Shown here one piece after another: positions 9,455 to 19,473 of a stretch of 64,000 nt of DNA. Where the stretch lies: positions 824 to 64,823 of the forward strand of contig JBBPZQ010000127.1 in the NCBI GenBank assembly GCA_038198935.1, given 5' to 3'. This DNA comes from Anaerolineae bacterium. Lineage in GTDB: Bacteria > Chloroflexota > Anaerolineae > JACRMK01. The stretch's first letter is position 1. Each line of letters opens with the position of its first letter. The position numbers were made by a program, and so were the translations under genes. The notes under the pieces were generated by a model. That model was not told where the DNA came from. It saw only the letters and a list, made by a program, of their open reading frames with translations, and ran no database searches.

Positions 9455-9990
9455 AAGGTCGTCTCTTCCTCGTGTGGCTTGTGCCGCTCATCGCCGCGCT
9501 CGTCTTCGCCGCCGACCAATACACCAAGTTTCTCGTCTCCAGCCATCTCGCCATTGGCGAGGCATGGATGCCCATCGAGTCGCTCGCACCATTCGTCGTA
9601 ATACGGCACGTACGCAATTCTGGCGCGGCGTTCGGCATGTTCCCGCAGGGCGGCACGCTATTCCTCATCATCGCGGTCATCGTCGTTTGTACGATTGTGT
9701 GGTACTACTATCGGCGCGCACTCTCGGCGCCGCTGTGGGTGCGCCTCAGTCTCGGCTTGATGCTTGGCGGGGCGCTCGGCAACATGATTGACCGCATCCG
9801 CTTCGGCTACGTCGTGGACTTCATTGACTTGGGCTGGTGGCCCGTGTTCAACGTCGCCGATAGTTCCATCGTCGTTGGCGTGACGCTGTTAGCCATCTAC
9901 ATGGCGTTCTTCCAGCCGAAAGAGCGGGCTGAGCAGTCGTCCGCGGTCAGCACTCAACAGGCAACGGTCAGTGCGCAACAATCGGAATGA
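9451..9990 (+). CDS. lspA: lipoprotein signal peptidase II
   Basis: Four TM helices, conserved NxGAAFG and DxxR/FNxAD motifs; GTG start overlapping upstream stop; classic ileS-lspA neighbourhood. Confidence 0.85.
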   Translation: MKGRLFLVWLVPLIAALVFAADQYTKFLVSSHLAIGEAWMPIESLAPFVVIRHVRNSGAAFGMFPQGGTLFLIIAVIVVCTIVWYYYRRALSAPLWVRLSLGLMLGGALGNMIDRIRFGYVVDFIDLGWWPVFNVADSSIVVGVTLLAIYMAFFQPKERAEQSSAVSTQQATVSAQQSE

Positions 9991-10064
9991 CGCGCTTGCC
10001 CTTGTTCAGCACAGCAAGCCATCCGTCGGCGCGGGTGGCTTTTCTGTTATAATAGCGAACGTTG

Positions 10065-10985
10065 ATGCACGACAACACGCACTGTTTTGAGGTCATGCAG
10101 TCGGGCCAGCGGCTCGACATATTCCTATCGCAGCAGCGAACGGATTGCTCGCGCTCGCAATTGCAGCGAATGATTCGCGAGGGGCGCGTGCGCGTAGATG
10201 GTGGCGCAGCGAAGCCGAGCCAGAAATTGGCATTGGGCCAGCAGGTCGTGCTTGAGCTGCCGCCGCCTGCGGAACCCGTGATCGTCGCAGAGTCGCTTGC
10301 GCTTGCCATCCTGTACGAAGATGACGACGTCGTGATCGTGGACAAGCCAGCGGGCATGGTCGTGCATCCGGGGCACGGCGTATCGTCGGGCACGTTGGTC
10401 AATGCGCTGCTCGCGCGTTATCCGCAAATGCGCGCGTTCGAGAACTCGCGGCGGCCGGGTATCGTGCATCGCTTAGACAAGGATACGTCGGGCGTGATGA
10501 TCGTGGCGAAGCATCCGGCCGCACTGCAATTTTTACAGGAGCAGTTTGCCTCGCGCAGCGTGCAGAAGCTATATTGGGCATTGGTGAGCGGCACCATGCA
10601 GCAGCCGCACGGCATGGTCGAAGCGAGCATCGGGCGCAGCCGCACTCAGCCGACGCAGATGGCTATCGCGGGCAAAGCCGAGCGACCTGCGCGCACCTCG
10701 TTCAGCGTGCTCGAACGCTTCGCACGGCAGACGCTGGTCGAAGCGCATCCAATCACCGGGCGCACACATCAGATTCGTCTGCACTTCGCCGCGCTCGGTC
10801 ATCCGCTCATCGGCGATCAGACGTATGGCGCGCACGCTGATGCGCTCGGCTTGACGCGCCAGTTCTTGCACGCCAAGCAACTCACCCTGATCCTGCCATC
10901 GTCGCGCGAGCCGCACATGTTTGCTTCAGAGTTGCCAGCCGAGTTGCAAGCCGTGCTGCACCACCTACGCGCGCAGGCGGCGTGA
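10065..10985 (+). CDS. rluD: RluA/RluD-family 23S rRNA pseudouridine synthase with S4 domain
   Basis: S4 RNA-binding N-terminus; catalytic HRLDKDTSG motif. Confidence 0.85.
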   Translation: MHDNTHCFEVMQSGQRLDIFLSQQRTDCSRSQLQRMIREGRVRVDGGAAKPSQKLALGQQVVLELPPPAEPVIVAESLALAILYEDDDVVIVDKPAGMVVHPGHGVSSGTLVNALLARYPQMRAFENSRRPGIVHRLDKDTSGVMIVAKHPAALQFLQEQFASRSVQKLYWALVSGTMQQPHGMVEASIGRSRTQPTQMAIAGKAERPARTSFSVLERFARQTLVEAHPITGRTHQIRLHFAALGHPLIGDQTYGAHADALGLTRQFLHAKQLTLILPSSREPHMFASELPAELQAVLHHLRAQAA

Positions 10986-11140
10986 TGGAGATGTTGAACA
11001 AGAATTAGACGTGTGAGTTCGGCGGTCAGAACGGTGAGTGGGTCAGTATGCTGGCCAAACTCGCCGTGCCCGCCAGCGAGCGAATGGAACGCAACCACGC
11101 GTGAGCCATTGAACCTTACAACTACATTTGAGGAGTATTG

Positions 11141-11953
11141 ATGCGTCAAGTATCAGTTGCAGTTGCCCAGATGATGCCCAAGTTGAATGCGTTCGAGGAA
11201 AACCTCGACCACATGGGCGACATCGTCGCGGAGATTTGCAAAGCGCAAAAAGTTGATCTGATTGTCTTTCCTGAACTAACGACGAGTGGCTACGAATGTG
11301 GCGTGCGCTTTACGGATCTCGCGCAGACCATTCCGGGTCACGCGGTCAACGTGATCGCGCAGCGTGCGTCTGAGTTCAACGTGCACATCTTGTTCGGGAT
11401 GCCCGTCAAAGCCAAAGTCGAGAGCATCATCTATGACGGCGCGGTGTTGGTCGGACCCGACGGCGAAGTGCTCGGCGATTATCGCAAGGTGCATCTGCGC
11501 GGCGCGGAGCGCATGGTGTTCCGGCCCGGTTTTCGCTTCCCCATATTTGAAACATACTTCGGCATGTTGGGCGTGCTTATCGGTTGGGACTTGGCATTCC
11601 CCGAAGCGGCACGCTCGCTCGCGCTCGACGGCATTGATCTGCTCGCCGTGTGCGCCAACTGGGAGACACCGCACGAAGAAGAATGGCACGCCTACTTGAT
11701 GGCGCGCGCATTCGAGAACTCGCTGTTCATCGCCGCCGCGAATCGCATCGGCGACGAGCCGTCGTTCAAGTTCTTCGGCGAGAGCACGATCATCGGGCCA
11801 CGTGGCGAAGTGTTCGCATCAGTGGATACGGGTGTCGAGGGTTATGGTCTGGCCAAGATTGACCTCGACCAAGTGAAGCAGAACCGCGAAGAGTTTCAAT
11901 TGCTGCAATATCGCCAGCCGCTCGCGTATCGGAATGTGGTGAGGAAATACTAA
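11141..11953 (+). CDS. carbon-nitrogen hydrolase (nitrilase superfamily)
   Basis: FPEL catalytic Glu motif, catalytic Lys and Cys region; AGGAG RBS. Confidence 0.8.
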   Translation: MRQVSVAVAQMMPKLNAFEENLDHMGDIVAEICKAQKVDLIVFPELTTSGYECGVRFTDLAQTIPGHAVNVIAQRASEFNVHILFGMPVKAKVESIIYDGAVLVGPDGEVLGDYRKVHLRGAERMVFRPGFRFPIFETYFGMLGVLIGWDLAFPEAARSLALDGIDLLAVCANWETPHEEEWHAYLMARAFENSLFIAAANRIGDEPSFKFFGESTIIGPRGEVFASVDTGVEGYGLAKIDLDQVKQNREEFQLLQYRQPLAYRNVVRKY

Positions 11954-11978
11954 CTACCTATGGAAGGAACGGTGTCAC

Positions 11979-12308
11979 TTGTATATTCAAGTTCTCGAAG
12001 GCTGGAATTATCGCCCTGGCGCACGCGCGGTGCGCGCTGAACAACTATCAAAATTGCGTGAGGCGCACGCTGGCAAATTCCCCTTGGAGCCCGAAGTGCC
12101 CGGCCTGATTGCGCGTATGTTCGGCACCGATCCAAACTCACCCGACACCACCATCGCCGTATGGGTTTGCGAGAGCAAAGCCGACGCCGATCAGTGGCCA
12201 TGGCTGGACGATCCGAAACTGCGTGCGCCGCTTGAGGCCTATATGGATTTATCTCAAGCAACCATTCGTGGATTTGATGGGTTGTACTTTGCCCATCGTT
12301 GCGAATAA
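11979..12308 (+). CDS. small hypothetical protein
   Basis: Track ORF with TTG start; fills an otherwise 370-bp gap; alternative ATG at about 12115. Confidence 0.3.
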   Translation: MYIQVLEGWNYRPGARAVRAEQLSKLREAHAGKFPLEPEVPGLIARMFGTDPNSPDTTIAVWVCESKADADQWPWLDDPKLRAPLEAYMDLSQATIRGFDGLYFAHRCE

Positions 12309-12320
12309 CTGGAGCGCTGA

Positions 12321-13397
12321 ATGTCCACCTATGACATGACCACCCACACCCGCAACGGTCACATTGATTTGCGCAGCGACACTGTGACGCAGCCGACAGA
12401 GGCAATGCGCAAGGCGATGTATGAAGCCGAAATCGGCGACGATGTGTACGGCGAAGACCCGACCGTCAATCGCTTGCAGGAAATGTCGGCGCAGCGCTTG
12501 GGCAAAGAGGCAGGCTTGCTCGTCTTGAGCGGCACGATGGGCAATTTGGTTTCGCTGCTCACGCACTGCGGGCGCGGCGACGAAGCGATAATGGGCGACC
12601 GCGCGCACACGTTCACGAGTGAGCAGGGCGGCACATCAGGCATGGGCGGCATCCATCCACGCACAGTGCGCAACCAACTAGACGGTACACTTGACTTGCA
12701 AGCAGTTGAAGCGGCGATACGCACTGACAACGAACACTATCCGCGCACCAAACTCATCTGCATCGAGAACACGCAGAACAACATGGGTGGGCGCGTGCTG
12801 CCGCCGGACTATATGCGTGAACTCGGTACGCTCGCGCGTAAGCACAACCTGAAGGTGCATGTGGATGGCGCGCGCATCTTCAACGCTGCCGTCGCACTGG
12901 GCGTAGATGCGAGCGTGCTCGCGGAAGATGCCGACTCACTTACGTTTTGTTTGAGCAAAGGGCTGGCCGCTCCCGTTGGCTCGCTCATCGTCGGCGATAC
13001 GGATTTCATCAAAGAGGCGCGGCGTAATCGTAAGATCGTCGGCGGCGGCATGCGACAAGCGGGCGTGTTCGCGGCGGCCGGCATTGTCGCGCTGAATGAG
13101 ATGATCGAGCGACTCGACGACGATCATCGCAACGCGAAACGCTTGGCGGAAGGGCTTGCCAACATTGACGGTATGGGCGTTGATTCGAAGAGCGTCGAGA
13201 CCAACATCGTCTTCTTCGAGTTGACGAGCGAGCGCATCACGCCGCAGCAACTGGCATTGCGCTTGAAGGAGCGCGGCGTGCTGATCGGCGCAGGCGGTTC
13301 GCGGCGCATCCGCCTTGTCACGCATTTCGGCATCGAAGCGGTCCACGTCGAGCAGACATTGAGCGCGTTTCAAGACGTGATGCGTCAAACAATCTGA
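12321..13397 (+). CDS. ltaE: low-specificity L-threonine aldolase (PLP-dependent beta-eliminating lyase family)
   Basis: N-terminal DLRSDTVTQPT...GDDVYGEDPT motif; PLP-binding Lys region. Confidence 0.85.
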   Translation: MSTYDMTTHTRNGHIDLRSDTVTQPTEAMRKAMYEAEIGDDVYGEDPTVNRLQEMSAQRLGKEAGLLVLSGTMGNLVSLLTHCGRGDEAIMGDRAHTFTSEQGGTSGMGGIHPRTVRNQLDGTLDLQAVEAAIRTDNEHYPRTKLICIENTQNNMGGRVLPPDYMRELGTLARKHNLKVHVDGARIFNAAVALGVDASVLAEDADSLTFCLSKGLAAPVGSLIVGDTDFIKEARRNRKIVGGGMRQAGVFAAAGIVALNEMIERLDDDHRNAKRLAEGLANIDGMGVDSKSVETNIVFFELTSERITPQQLALRLKERGVLIGAGGSRRIRLVTHFGIEAVHVEQTLSAFQDVMRQTI

Positions 13398-13490
13398 TGG
13401 TCGCATTGTCAAGTGGTCGATTAATCATCAGTCACACTAACCCAGCGACTAACTGACCACCTAACGGGCCGCCCTACCCTCTCCGCGACC

Positions 13491-14276
13491 ATGAAACCGC
13501 CGTATCGAATTTCACACTCGGTACTCATCCCCTACATTCCTTCTTTTCTGTTCGGTCAGCGTCGTTCACTACCTCATGATGTGCAACGCCTCTTTGGCGC
13601 GAACGGTAATGCGCCGCGCGCAATTGATGCTGATTTGATTCCTACGCACGATGCGTTTCTGCTTGTGATGAATCATTATCATCGAAGCGACATTCCCGCT
13701 TGGTGGTCTGCACTCGCCGCATTCAAGCCGATTTCCGAACAGCGTGTGGGCACAGCGTCGAAAGCGGTGCGGCTGATCATCGCCAGCCAGTGGACGTACA
13801 CGCAGCGCTGGCAGCAACTCGTCGTGGAGCCGGCCACTCGCTTCGTGATCGGACGAATCGTGCGCGCATACAACTTCGTCGCCATAGAACCAACTGCGCT
13901 CGGTGCCGCACACGCCAATCAACGCGCGCAGTCCATCCGTCGTGTACTGGAGGCAGCCAAGCAAGCCGTGCGCAATCAACAAGTGCTCGCGCTCGCACCT
14001 GAAGGCGGCGATTCACCTGACGGCGCGCTGATGCATCCACCGGCAGGCGCGGGCCGTTTCATGCTGCTGCTTGCGGCGACGGGCTTGCCGTTGGTGCCCG
14101 TTGGAATTTTTACTGACGGCGACACGCTCGTGACACGCTTCGGCGAGTCGTTTCAATTGAAAGCGCCGCGTAATCTCAATAAGTCTGAGTTGGACGAGTG
14201 GGCAGCGCGTGAAGTGATGACGCGCATCGCAGGTCTATTGCCCGCAAATTTGCGAGGCGCTTATGATGCGCGATGA
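13491..14276 (+). CDS. lysophospholipid/1-acyl-glycerol-3-phosphate acyltransferase-like protein
   Basis: NHYHRSD (HxxxxD) block and PEGG block. Confidence 0.55.
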   Translation: MKPPYRISHSVLIPYIPSFLFGQRRSLPHDVQRLFGANGNAPRAIDADLIPTHDAFLLVMNHYHRSDIPAWWSALAAFKPISEQRVGTASKAVRLIIASQWTYTQRWQQLVVEPATRFVIGRIVRAYNFVAIEPTALGAAHANQRAQSIRRVLEAAKQAVRNQQVLALAPEGGDSPDGALMHPPAGAGRFMLLLAATGLPLVPVGIFTDGDTLVTRFGESFQLKAPRNLNKSELDEWAAREVMTRIAGLLPANLRGAYDAR

Positions 14277-15592
14277 GTGCTGAGTCACGCGCACATGCGC
14301 TGCAAATCTTTCGCGCGGCATTGCGTGCCGCCGACGCGCACGCGGCAGTCACACGCAACTTGAAATGGCGAGGCGATGCGTTGCAAATCGGCGAGCAGGC
14401 AGTTGCCGTCACCCATGCTTCACGCATCATCGTCGTCGGCGCAGGCAAGGCTGGCGGCGCGATGGCGCAAGCCGTCGAGCAAGCGCTTGGCACGCGCGTG
14501 AGCGGCGGTTTGGTGTCGGTGAAAGAAGGACACGGCGCGCCGACGCGCGTGATTGAGATATGCGAGGCGAGTCACCCACTGCCCGATGAGCGCACTCTTG
14601 CCAACGGCCGCGCGATCATCGAGCGCGTGCGTGGATTGAATGAAGATGATGTGGTGCTCTGCCTCATCTCAGGCGGCGGCTCCGCGCTGATGGAAGCACT
14701 CGGCGAGGGACTGTCGCTCGACCAACTGCGCGTGCTCACGCGCAAGTTGATGCACGCCGGCGCGAACATCGTGGAACTGAACTGCGTGCGCAAACACTTG
14801 TCGCTCATCAAAGGCGGTCAACTCGCGCGGTGGGCACAGCCCGCGACAACCTGCGCGTTGATTTTGTCGGATGTGGTCGGCGACGATCTGTCGTCCATTG
14901 CGTCGGGCCCGACTGCGCCGGATCCGACGACGTTCTTAGATGCGCTAGACCTCATCGAACGCTGCGGATTACGCAGCGACGCGGAGAGCGCGTCCATTCA
15001 GGCAGTCCTTACTTATCTCCAACGTGGCGCGCGCGGAGAACTACCCGAAACGCCGAAGCCTGATGATGCGCTCTTCGCGCGTGTCCACAATTTCATCATC
15101 GGCAGCAATGCGCTCGCGCTGAACGCGATGGCACACGAAGCATCTATGTTAGGGTATGCGAGCCAGATCGTGAGCACGACGATGGACGGCGAAGCGCGTG
15201 ACGTCGGATGCGACATCGCCAGATTTGTACGCGCGCGCAATGGTTCACATCAATGTCTGTTGTGGGGCGGCGAGACGACGGTGACGGTCAATGGACACGG
15301 AAGAGGCGGACGCAATCAGGAACTCGCGCTCGCCGCCGCGATGGAGTTGGACGGCGCACAGAATACCATACTGCTTAGCGCGGCAACCGACGGCGGCGAC
15401 GGTTCCAGCGATGCGGCGGGTGCCATCGCTGACGGCGACACGCTGCGCCGCACGCGCGCGCTTGGACTGGATGCGCAGCAGTCAATCGCGCAAAATGATT
15501 CACATTATTTCTTCGCCGCGCTGGGCGATCAAGTCATCACGGGTCCCACCTTAACGAACGTGAACGATGTGGTGATCGCGCTCATTCAATAA
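14273..15592 (+). CDS. glycerate kinase (MOFRL/GckA family)
   Basis: DUF4147 plus MOFRL architecture; start overlaps upstream stop (ATGA). Confidence 0.8.
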   Translation: MSAESRAHALQIFRAALRAADAHAAVTRNLKWRGDALQIGEQAVAVTHASRIIVVGAGKAGGAMAQAVEQALGTRVSGGLVSVKEGHGAPTRVIEICEASHPLPDERTLANGRAIIERVRGLNEDDVVLCLISGGGSALMEALGEGLSLDQLRVLTRKLMHAGANIVELNCVRKHLSLIKGGQLARWAQPATTCALILSDVVGDDLSSIASGPTAPDPTTFLDALDLIERCGLRSDAESASIQAVLTYLQRGARGELPETPKPDDALFARVHNFIIGSNALALNAMAHEASMLGYASQIVSTTMDGEARDVGCDIARFVRARNGSHQCLLWGGETTVTVNGHGRGGRNQELALAAAMELDGAQNTILLSAATDGGDGSSDAAGAIADGDTLRRTRALGLDAQQSIAQNDSHYFFAALGDQVITGPTLTNVNDVVIALIQ

Positions 15593-15628
15593 AAAACGTC
15601 CGAGTGATGAGTCATCACTCGGACGTTT
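15591..15628. terminator. bidirectional intrinsic terminator
   Basis: A-tract plus cgtccgagtgatga / tcatcactcggacg hairpin plus T-tract between convergent genes. Confidence 0.7.
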
Positions 15629-15653
15629 GCACAGGAGGCACAACGCAAGAAAT

Positions 15654-15980
15654 CTAGTGAGCGCCCGCTCTGCGATCCATCGGGCGATTGGTCGGGTCCA
15701 GTGAATCCATAATCTCTTTGACTTTCACCTCTGTCGCCTCACGGTCACTGAAAAAGTCTTTCTCGATTTGAATATAGTTCGCCCACTGCGGCGGAGTGCT
15801 GTCGGCGTCGAAGATGGCATCCACGGGGCACTCTGGCTCGCACGCGCCACACTCGATGCACTCGTCAGGGTGAATATAATATTTATCCGCGCCTTCGTAG
15901 ATGCAGTCTACCGGGCAAACCTCTACACAGCCGGCATCCTTCACCGCAATACACGGCTCCGCAATAATGAAGACAGCCAT
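15654..15980 (-). CDS. fdxA: 7Fe-type ferredoxin (2x [Fe-S] cluster motifs)
   Basis: CxxCxxCxxxCP pattern twice. Confidence 0.85.
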   Translation of the reverse strand: MAVFIIAEPCIAVKDAGCVEVCPVDCIYEGADKYYIHPDECIECGACEPECPVDAIFDADSTPPQWANYIQIEKDFFSDREATEVKVKEIMDSLDPTNRPMDRRAGAH

Positions 15981-16026
15981 TGACCATCGTCTCCTTCAAC
16001 CATAGTTATCTAGGCAAGACCGGCTT

Positions 16027-16055
16027 ATTTAATCACAATTCAAATCGTCTGTCAA
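16027..16055 (-). promoter_or_regulatory. sigma70-like promoter for ferredoxin gene (TTGACA - 17 - TTAAAT on minus strand)
   Basis: Hexamers with 17-nt spacing about 45 nt upstream of start; AAGGAG RBS. Confidence 0.45.
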
Positions 16056-16103
16056 CCATTTCACAAGTGCGACGCGCGGCGCCGCCGCATTTTTGCCGAA
16101 TGC

Positions 16104-16132
16104 TTGCGACGGTAAATGAATGATGCTATACT
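16104..16132 (+). promoter_or_regulatory. sigma70-like promoter for response regulator/kinase operon (TTGCGA - 17 - TATACT)
   Basis: Hexamers with 17-nt spacing about 40 nt upstream of ATG 16176. Confidence 0.45.
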
Positions 16133-16175
16133 TGCGCTGCCGTCGCGGGAATGGCGATGAAATAAACAGACGAGG

Positions 16176-16871
16176 ATGCGTGTGCCCAGCCTGCGTTTAT
16201 TGATTGTTGACGATCATCCGCTCGTGCGTCAAGGACTGCGCCGTGTACTAGAACGCGAGAAGGACATCGACGTAATCGGCGAAGTTGCCGACGGCCAACA
16301 GGCGATTGACGAAGCCAAACGGCTCACCCCGGATGCGATCTTGATGGACATCAACTTGCCGTCGGTCAACGGCTTGCAGGCGATGCGCGAGATCAAACAC
16401 CGCCAGCCCAGCATCGCCGTCGTGACGCTCACGGCATATAACAACCCCGCGCAGTTGTTCCACGCGATGCGCGCGGGCGCGTCGGTGTACTACCCCAAAG
16501 AGGTTTCCCCAACCGAGTTGCTGCGCGGTATCCGCACGGCGGTCGAAGGTAAATACATTGTGGATAGCCGCGTGCTGAACGAGAAGCAGCTGAACGATTG
16601 GCTCTTGCAACAATTTGCGACCATCGGCATCGGCAGCCACGATTACCCCGAAGAGATGTTCGTGCCGCTCTCCGCACGCGAGATGGAAATCCTGCAACAA
16701 ATTTCGCGCGGACTGAGCAACAAAGAGATCGCCAAGGAACTCGGTATCTCGCGCCAGACCGTGAAGAATCACATGACCTCGATACTGCGGAAGTTGTCGG
16801 TCAACGACCGCACGCAGGCGGCGCTGTACGCGCTGCGTCACGGCTGGATTCGTCTCGAGGACACGCAATAG
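16176..16871 (+). CDS. NarL/FixJ-family response regulator (REC plus LuxR-type HTH)
   Basis: DD...D...K receiver residues; C-terminal LuxR HTH. Confidence 0.85.
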   Translation: MRVPSLRLLIVDDHPLVRQGLRRVLEREKDIDVIGEVADGQQAIDEAKRLTPDAILMDINLPSVNGLQAMREIKHRQPSIAVVTLTAYNNPAQLFHAMRAGASVYYPKEVSPTELLRGIRTAVEGKYIVDSRVLNEKQLNDWLLQQFATIGIGSHDYPEEMFVPLSAREMEILQQISRGLSNKEIAKELGISRQTVKNHMTSILRKLSVNDRTQAALYALRHGWIRLEDTQ

Positions 16872-17939
16872 ATGAGCGCGGAAATCGCGGTGGTGCCGAC
16901 CGGCGTGGCCGGCATTCTGCTCGACTTGGAGCAGGAAGCGCAGCGCATCGAGAATGACCGCGGCGAGATCGATATGCTAGTGCGCCAGAGTCGCGGCGAA
17001 ACGGAAACGCTCAGCCGCCGCGAGCAGCAGATGACCAATCGGCTGCGGCAGGTCGAGACAAACCTCGACAACTATTCGCGCGACGAGATTCGTGAAATCT
17101 ATACGACTGTGCGCGACACGCAGATGCGCTTGTTCGTGATGCGCAGCCAAGCCGAGCAGCTCGAACACAAACGCCAGACGCTAGAGCAATATGCCGAGCA
17201 GCTCAGCCGACTACACGAATCGTTGCAGCGGATGGACAGCAGCGCACCTGCACCCGCGCCTGCAATCGCGCAACTCGCGACGCCGCAGCAGACCATCATC
17301 CGCATCATTGACGCGCAAGAAAAAGAGCGGCAAATGCTCGCGCGACAGATGCACGATGGGCCCGCCAGTTCACTTAGCAACCTGGTGTTGCAAGCCGAAG
17401 TCGTCGAGCGACTTTTCGAGGTCAATCCGTCGCAGGCGCGGGCAGAGCTTGGCGCGCTGAAGAATACCGTCAACCTGACGTTCCAACGCACGCGCGACTT
17501 CATCTTCAACTTGCGTCCGATGATGTTGGACGATCTCGGACTGTTCCCCACGCTGCGCCGCTACGTGCAAGAATTTCAAAGCAAGACGGGCATCACCTCG
17601 CAACTGACGATCATGGGCAAGGATCGCCGCTTGCCCGCACACAGCGAAGTTATATTATTTCGCGTGATTCAGGAATTACTCGGCAACGTCGAGCATCACG
17701 CGAACGCCAATCGCGTGCTCGTCAGCCTCGACGTAGGCGAGCAATTCGTCAGCGCGACGGTCGAAGACGACGGCAACGGCTTCGACGTACAGCAGACGTT
17801 GAGCGATGCCCGAGGGGGCAAGACGCTCGGCATCGGCAACATCCTCGAACGCGTCGAGTTGCTCGGCGGCGAAATCCGCTTCGAGAGCAGTATCGGGCGC
17901 GGCACGCGCGTCAGCCTGCGCTTGCCGGCTCTCGACTGA
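16872..17939 (+). CDS. cytoplasmic sensor histidine kinase (HisKA_3 plus HATPase_c), coiled-coil N-terminus
   Basis: H-box QMHDGPASSL; N/G boxes; no TM segments; start overlaps RR stop (translational coupling). Confidence 0.8.
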   Translation: MSAEIAVVPTGVAGILLDLEQEAQRIENDRGEIDMLVRQSRGETETLSRREQQMTNRLRQVETNLDNYSRDEIREIYTTVRDTQMRLFVMRSQAEQLEHKRQTLEQYAEQLSRLHESLQRMDSSAPAPAPAIAQLATPQQTIIRIIDAQEKERQMLARQMHDGPASSLSNLVLQAEVVERLFEVNPSQARAELGALKNTVNLTFQRTRDFIFNLRPMMLDDLGLFPTLRRYVQEFQSKTGITSQLTIMGKDRRLPAHSEVILFRVIQELLGNVEHHANANRVLVSLDVGEQFVSATVEDDGNGFDVQQTLSDARGGKTLGIGNILERVELLGGEIRFESSIGRGTRVSLRLPALD

Positions 17940-17966
17940 AATCAGCTGCTCGAATTGAGGTGCTTG

Positions 17967-18004
17967 ACGTAGAGACGTAGCGATGCTACGTCTCTACGTT
18001 TTTG
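17967..18004 (+). terminator. intrinsic terminator after kinase gene
   Basis: acgtagagacgtagc / gctacgtctctacgt hairpin followed by TTTT. Confidence 0.7.
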
Positions 18005-18033
18005 TACTGACCGTTAATAAGGTTGCGGTACTA

Positions 18034-18062
18034 TTGTTCGCGCTGCTATTACAACCTATAAT
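18034..18062 (+). promoter_or_regulatory. sigma70-like promoter of flp pilin gene (TTGTTC - 17 - TATAAT)
   Basis: Perfect -10, 17-nt spacer; about 68-nt 5'UTR with small hairpin and AAGGAGGTG RBS. Confidence 0.5.
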
Positions 18063-18130
18063 CCAATCACAAACACCACTGAACCATCTCGTTCAGATTC
18101 AAGTTCCAAAGCGAAAGGAGGTGAATCCCC

Positions 18131-18277
18131 ATGCTATTCAATCCACGCGAGGAAGGGCAAGGTTTGGTAGAGTACGCACTGATTCTGGTGCTGGTCGCCG
18201 TCGTGGTCATCGCCATTCTGACCCTGCTCGGGCCGGCCATCGGCAACGTCTTCAGCACGATCAAGAACAACTTCTAA
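18131..18277 (+). CDS. flp: Flp-family type IVb prepilin (48 aa), not in ORF track
   Basis: MLFNPREEGQG/LVEYALILVLVAVVVIAILTLLGPAIGNVFSTIKNNF: class III signal peptide with G/xxxxEY cleavage motif and hydrophobic stretch; strong RBS AAGGAGGTG 7 nt upstream. Confidence 0.85.
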   Translation: MLFNPREEGQGLVEYALILVLVAVVVIAILTLLGPAIGNVFSTIKNNF

Positions 18278-18308
18278 TCATCCCCCTGTCCTAGTTCGTC
18301 ATTTACGT

Positions 18309-18340
18309 TAGAGCCCGAATCCGTCGTGAGGAGGGCTCTA
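18309..18340 (+). terminator. hairpin (partial terminator/attenuator) after flp
   Basis: tagagccc - 16 nt - gggctcta; no clean T-tract so likely partial readthrough into tadE genes. Confidence 0.35.
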
Positions 18341-18411
18341 CTTGCGTCAGCCTGTAATGAAGTGTCACGGTCCTGCAGCAAAGAACGCGCTCAATTGCGC
18401 AAAGTAGATTT

Positions 18412-18867
18412 ATGCATCAGTCATTATCAACCCGCCGCACCGTCGAGCGCGGTCAAAGCGTCGTCGAGTTTGCGATGTTCCTGCCGCTGCTCATCTTGTT
18501 ACTCGCCGGCGCGATTGATTTGGGCAACGCCTTCCAGACATGGATCAATTTGACCAATGCCGCACGCGAGGGCGCACGCTATCAATCCAAGTTCAACGAC
18601 TCGAGCGTCGCGTGCTCGCGGGTGCAGAATGAGTTGGCGAACAACAGCATCACGATCCCGTGCGGTCAAGTCAGCGTGAGTTATCCATCCGAGAGCGATA
18701 TTGATCCGAGGCTCGACTGCACGAGAGGCGCGTACACCACTGGCTGTCCGCTGCGCGTCTCGGTGCGCTACGGGCTGTCCACGCTCGTCGGCGATGTATT
18801 GAAATTCAATCCGATCACGATTACCGCATCGGTTGACATGGTGATCTATGGCGACGACACCCGCTAA
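18412..18867 (+). CDS. tadE: TadE/TadF-like minor pilin (pseudopilin)
   Basis: N-terminal xxVEFAMFLPLLILLL TadE motif. Confidence 0.75.
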   Translation: MHQSLSTRRTVERGQSVVEFAMFLPLLILLLAGAIDLGNAFQTWINLTNAAREGARYQSKFNDSSVACSRVQNELANNSITIPCGQVSVSYPSESDIDPRLDCTRGAYTTGCPLRVSVRYGLSTLVGDVLKFNPITITASVDMVIYGDDTR

Positions 18868-19249
18868 ACGCACACATACACACGCGCAGAGCATGGTCGA
18901 GTTCGCACTACTGCTGCCGGTGTTCGTGCTCGTCACCTTCGCTATCTTCGAGTTCGGGCACGCCTTCTACATCTACAATGCGATTGCCAATGCGGCGCGC
19001 GAGGGCACGCGCTACGGCGTCATCGCGCCGACCGACACGAACGGTATTAAAGATCGCGCCGTCAACAATGCAGTGGGCGTCAACATCACGCGCAGCGACG
19101 TGACGGCGACGACGATCACTTCAGGCTCGTGCGTGCTCGACACCCCGATCACTGTCACGGTGCGCTACACGTTCTCTGCCGTCGTCGCGATGGAGCCGAG
19201 CTTCGTGATGAATCGCAGCGCCAGTATGCGCATCGAGCAGTGTCCATAG
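18848..19249 (+). CDS. tadF: TadE/TadF-like minor pilin (second copy)
   Basis: N-terminal SMVEFALLLPVFVLV motif; overlaps upstream gene by 20 nt. Confidence 0.75.
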   Translation: MATTPAKRTHTHAQSMVEFALLLPVFVLVTFAIFEFGHAFYIYNAIANAAREGTRYGVIAPTDTNGIKDRAVNNAVGVNITRSDVTATTITSGSCVLDTPITVTVRYTFSAVVAMEPSFVMNRSASMRIEQCP

Positions 19250-19296
19250 CGGTTCACAATCAAACGAAGCATTGTCTGCTTGAGCACGACCACGCG

Positions 19297-19342
19297 CACG
19301 GTGTACAGCCCGATGGACGGCATACACCGTGATTTTGTTTTT
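19297..19342 (+). terminator. intrinsic terminator after tadE-like genes
   Basis: cacggtgta - loop - tacaccgtg followed by attttgttttt. Confidence 0.65.
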
Positions 19343-19473
19343 GGCGGCATTCCCGGCGTGAACAGAAAGCCGTTCCAATTCGCGTTCAGAGCGGGAGAGT
19401 CGTCCTTGCCATCACCGATAGACCTCATGGGTTTTACTAAACGGGCGAGGTCTGTTCCACCAACGGAGACCGT

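Noticed and set aside
12936-13412. 158-aa minus-strand ORF overlapping ltaE
   Set aside because: It is antisense to the conserved threonine aldolase.
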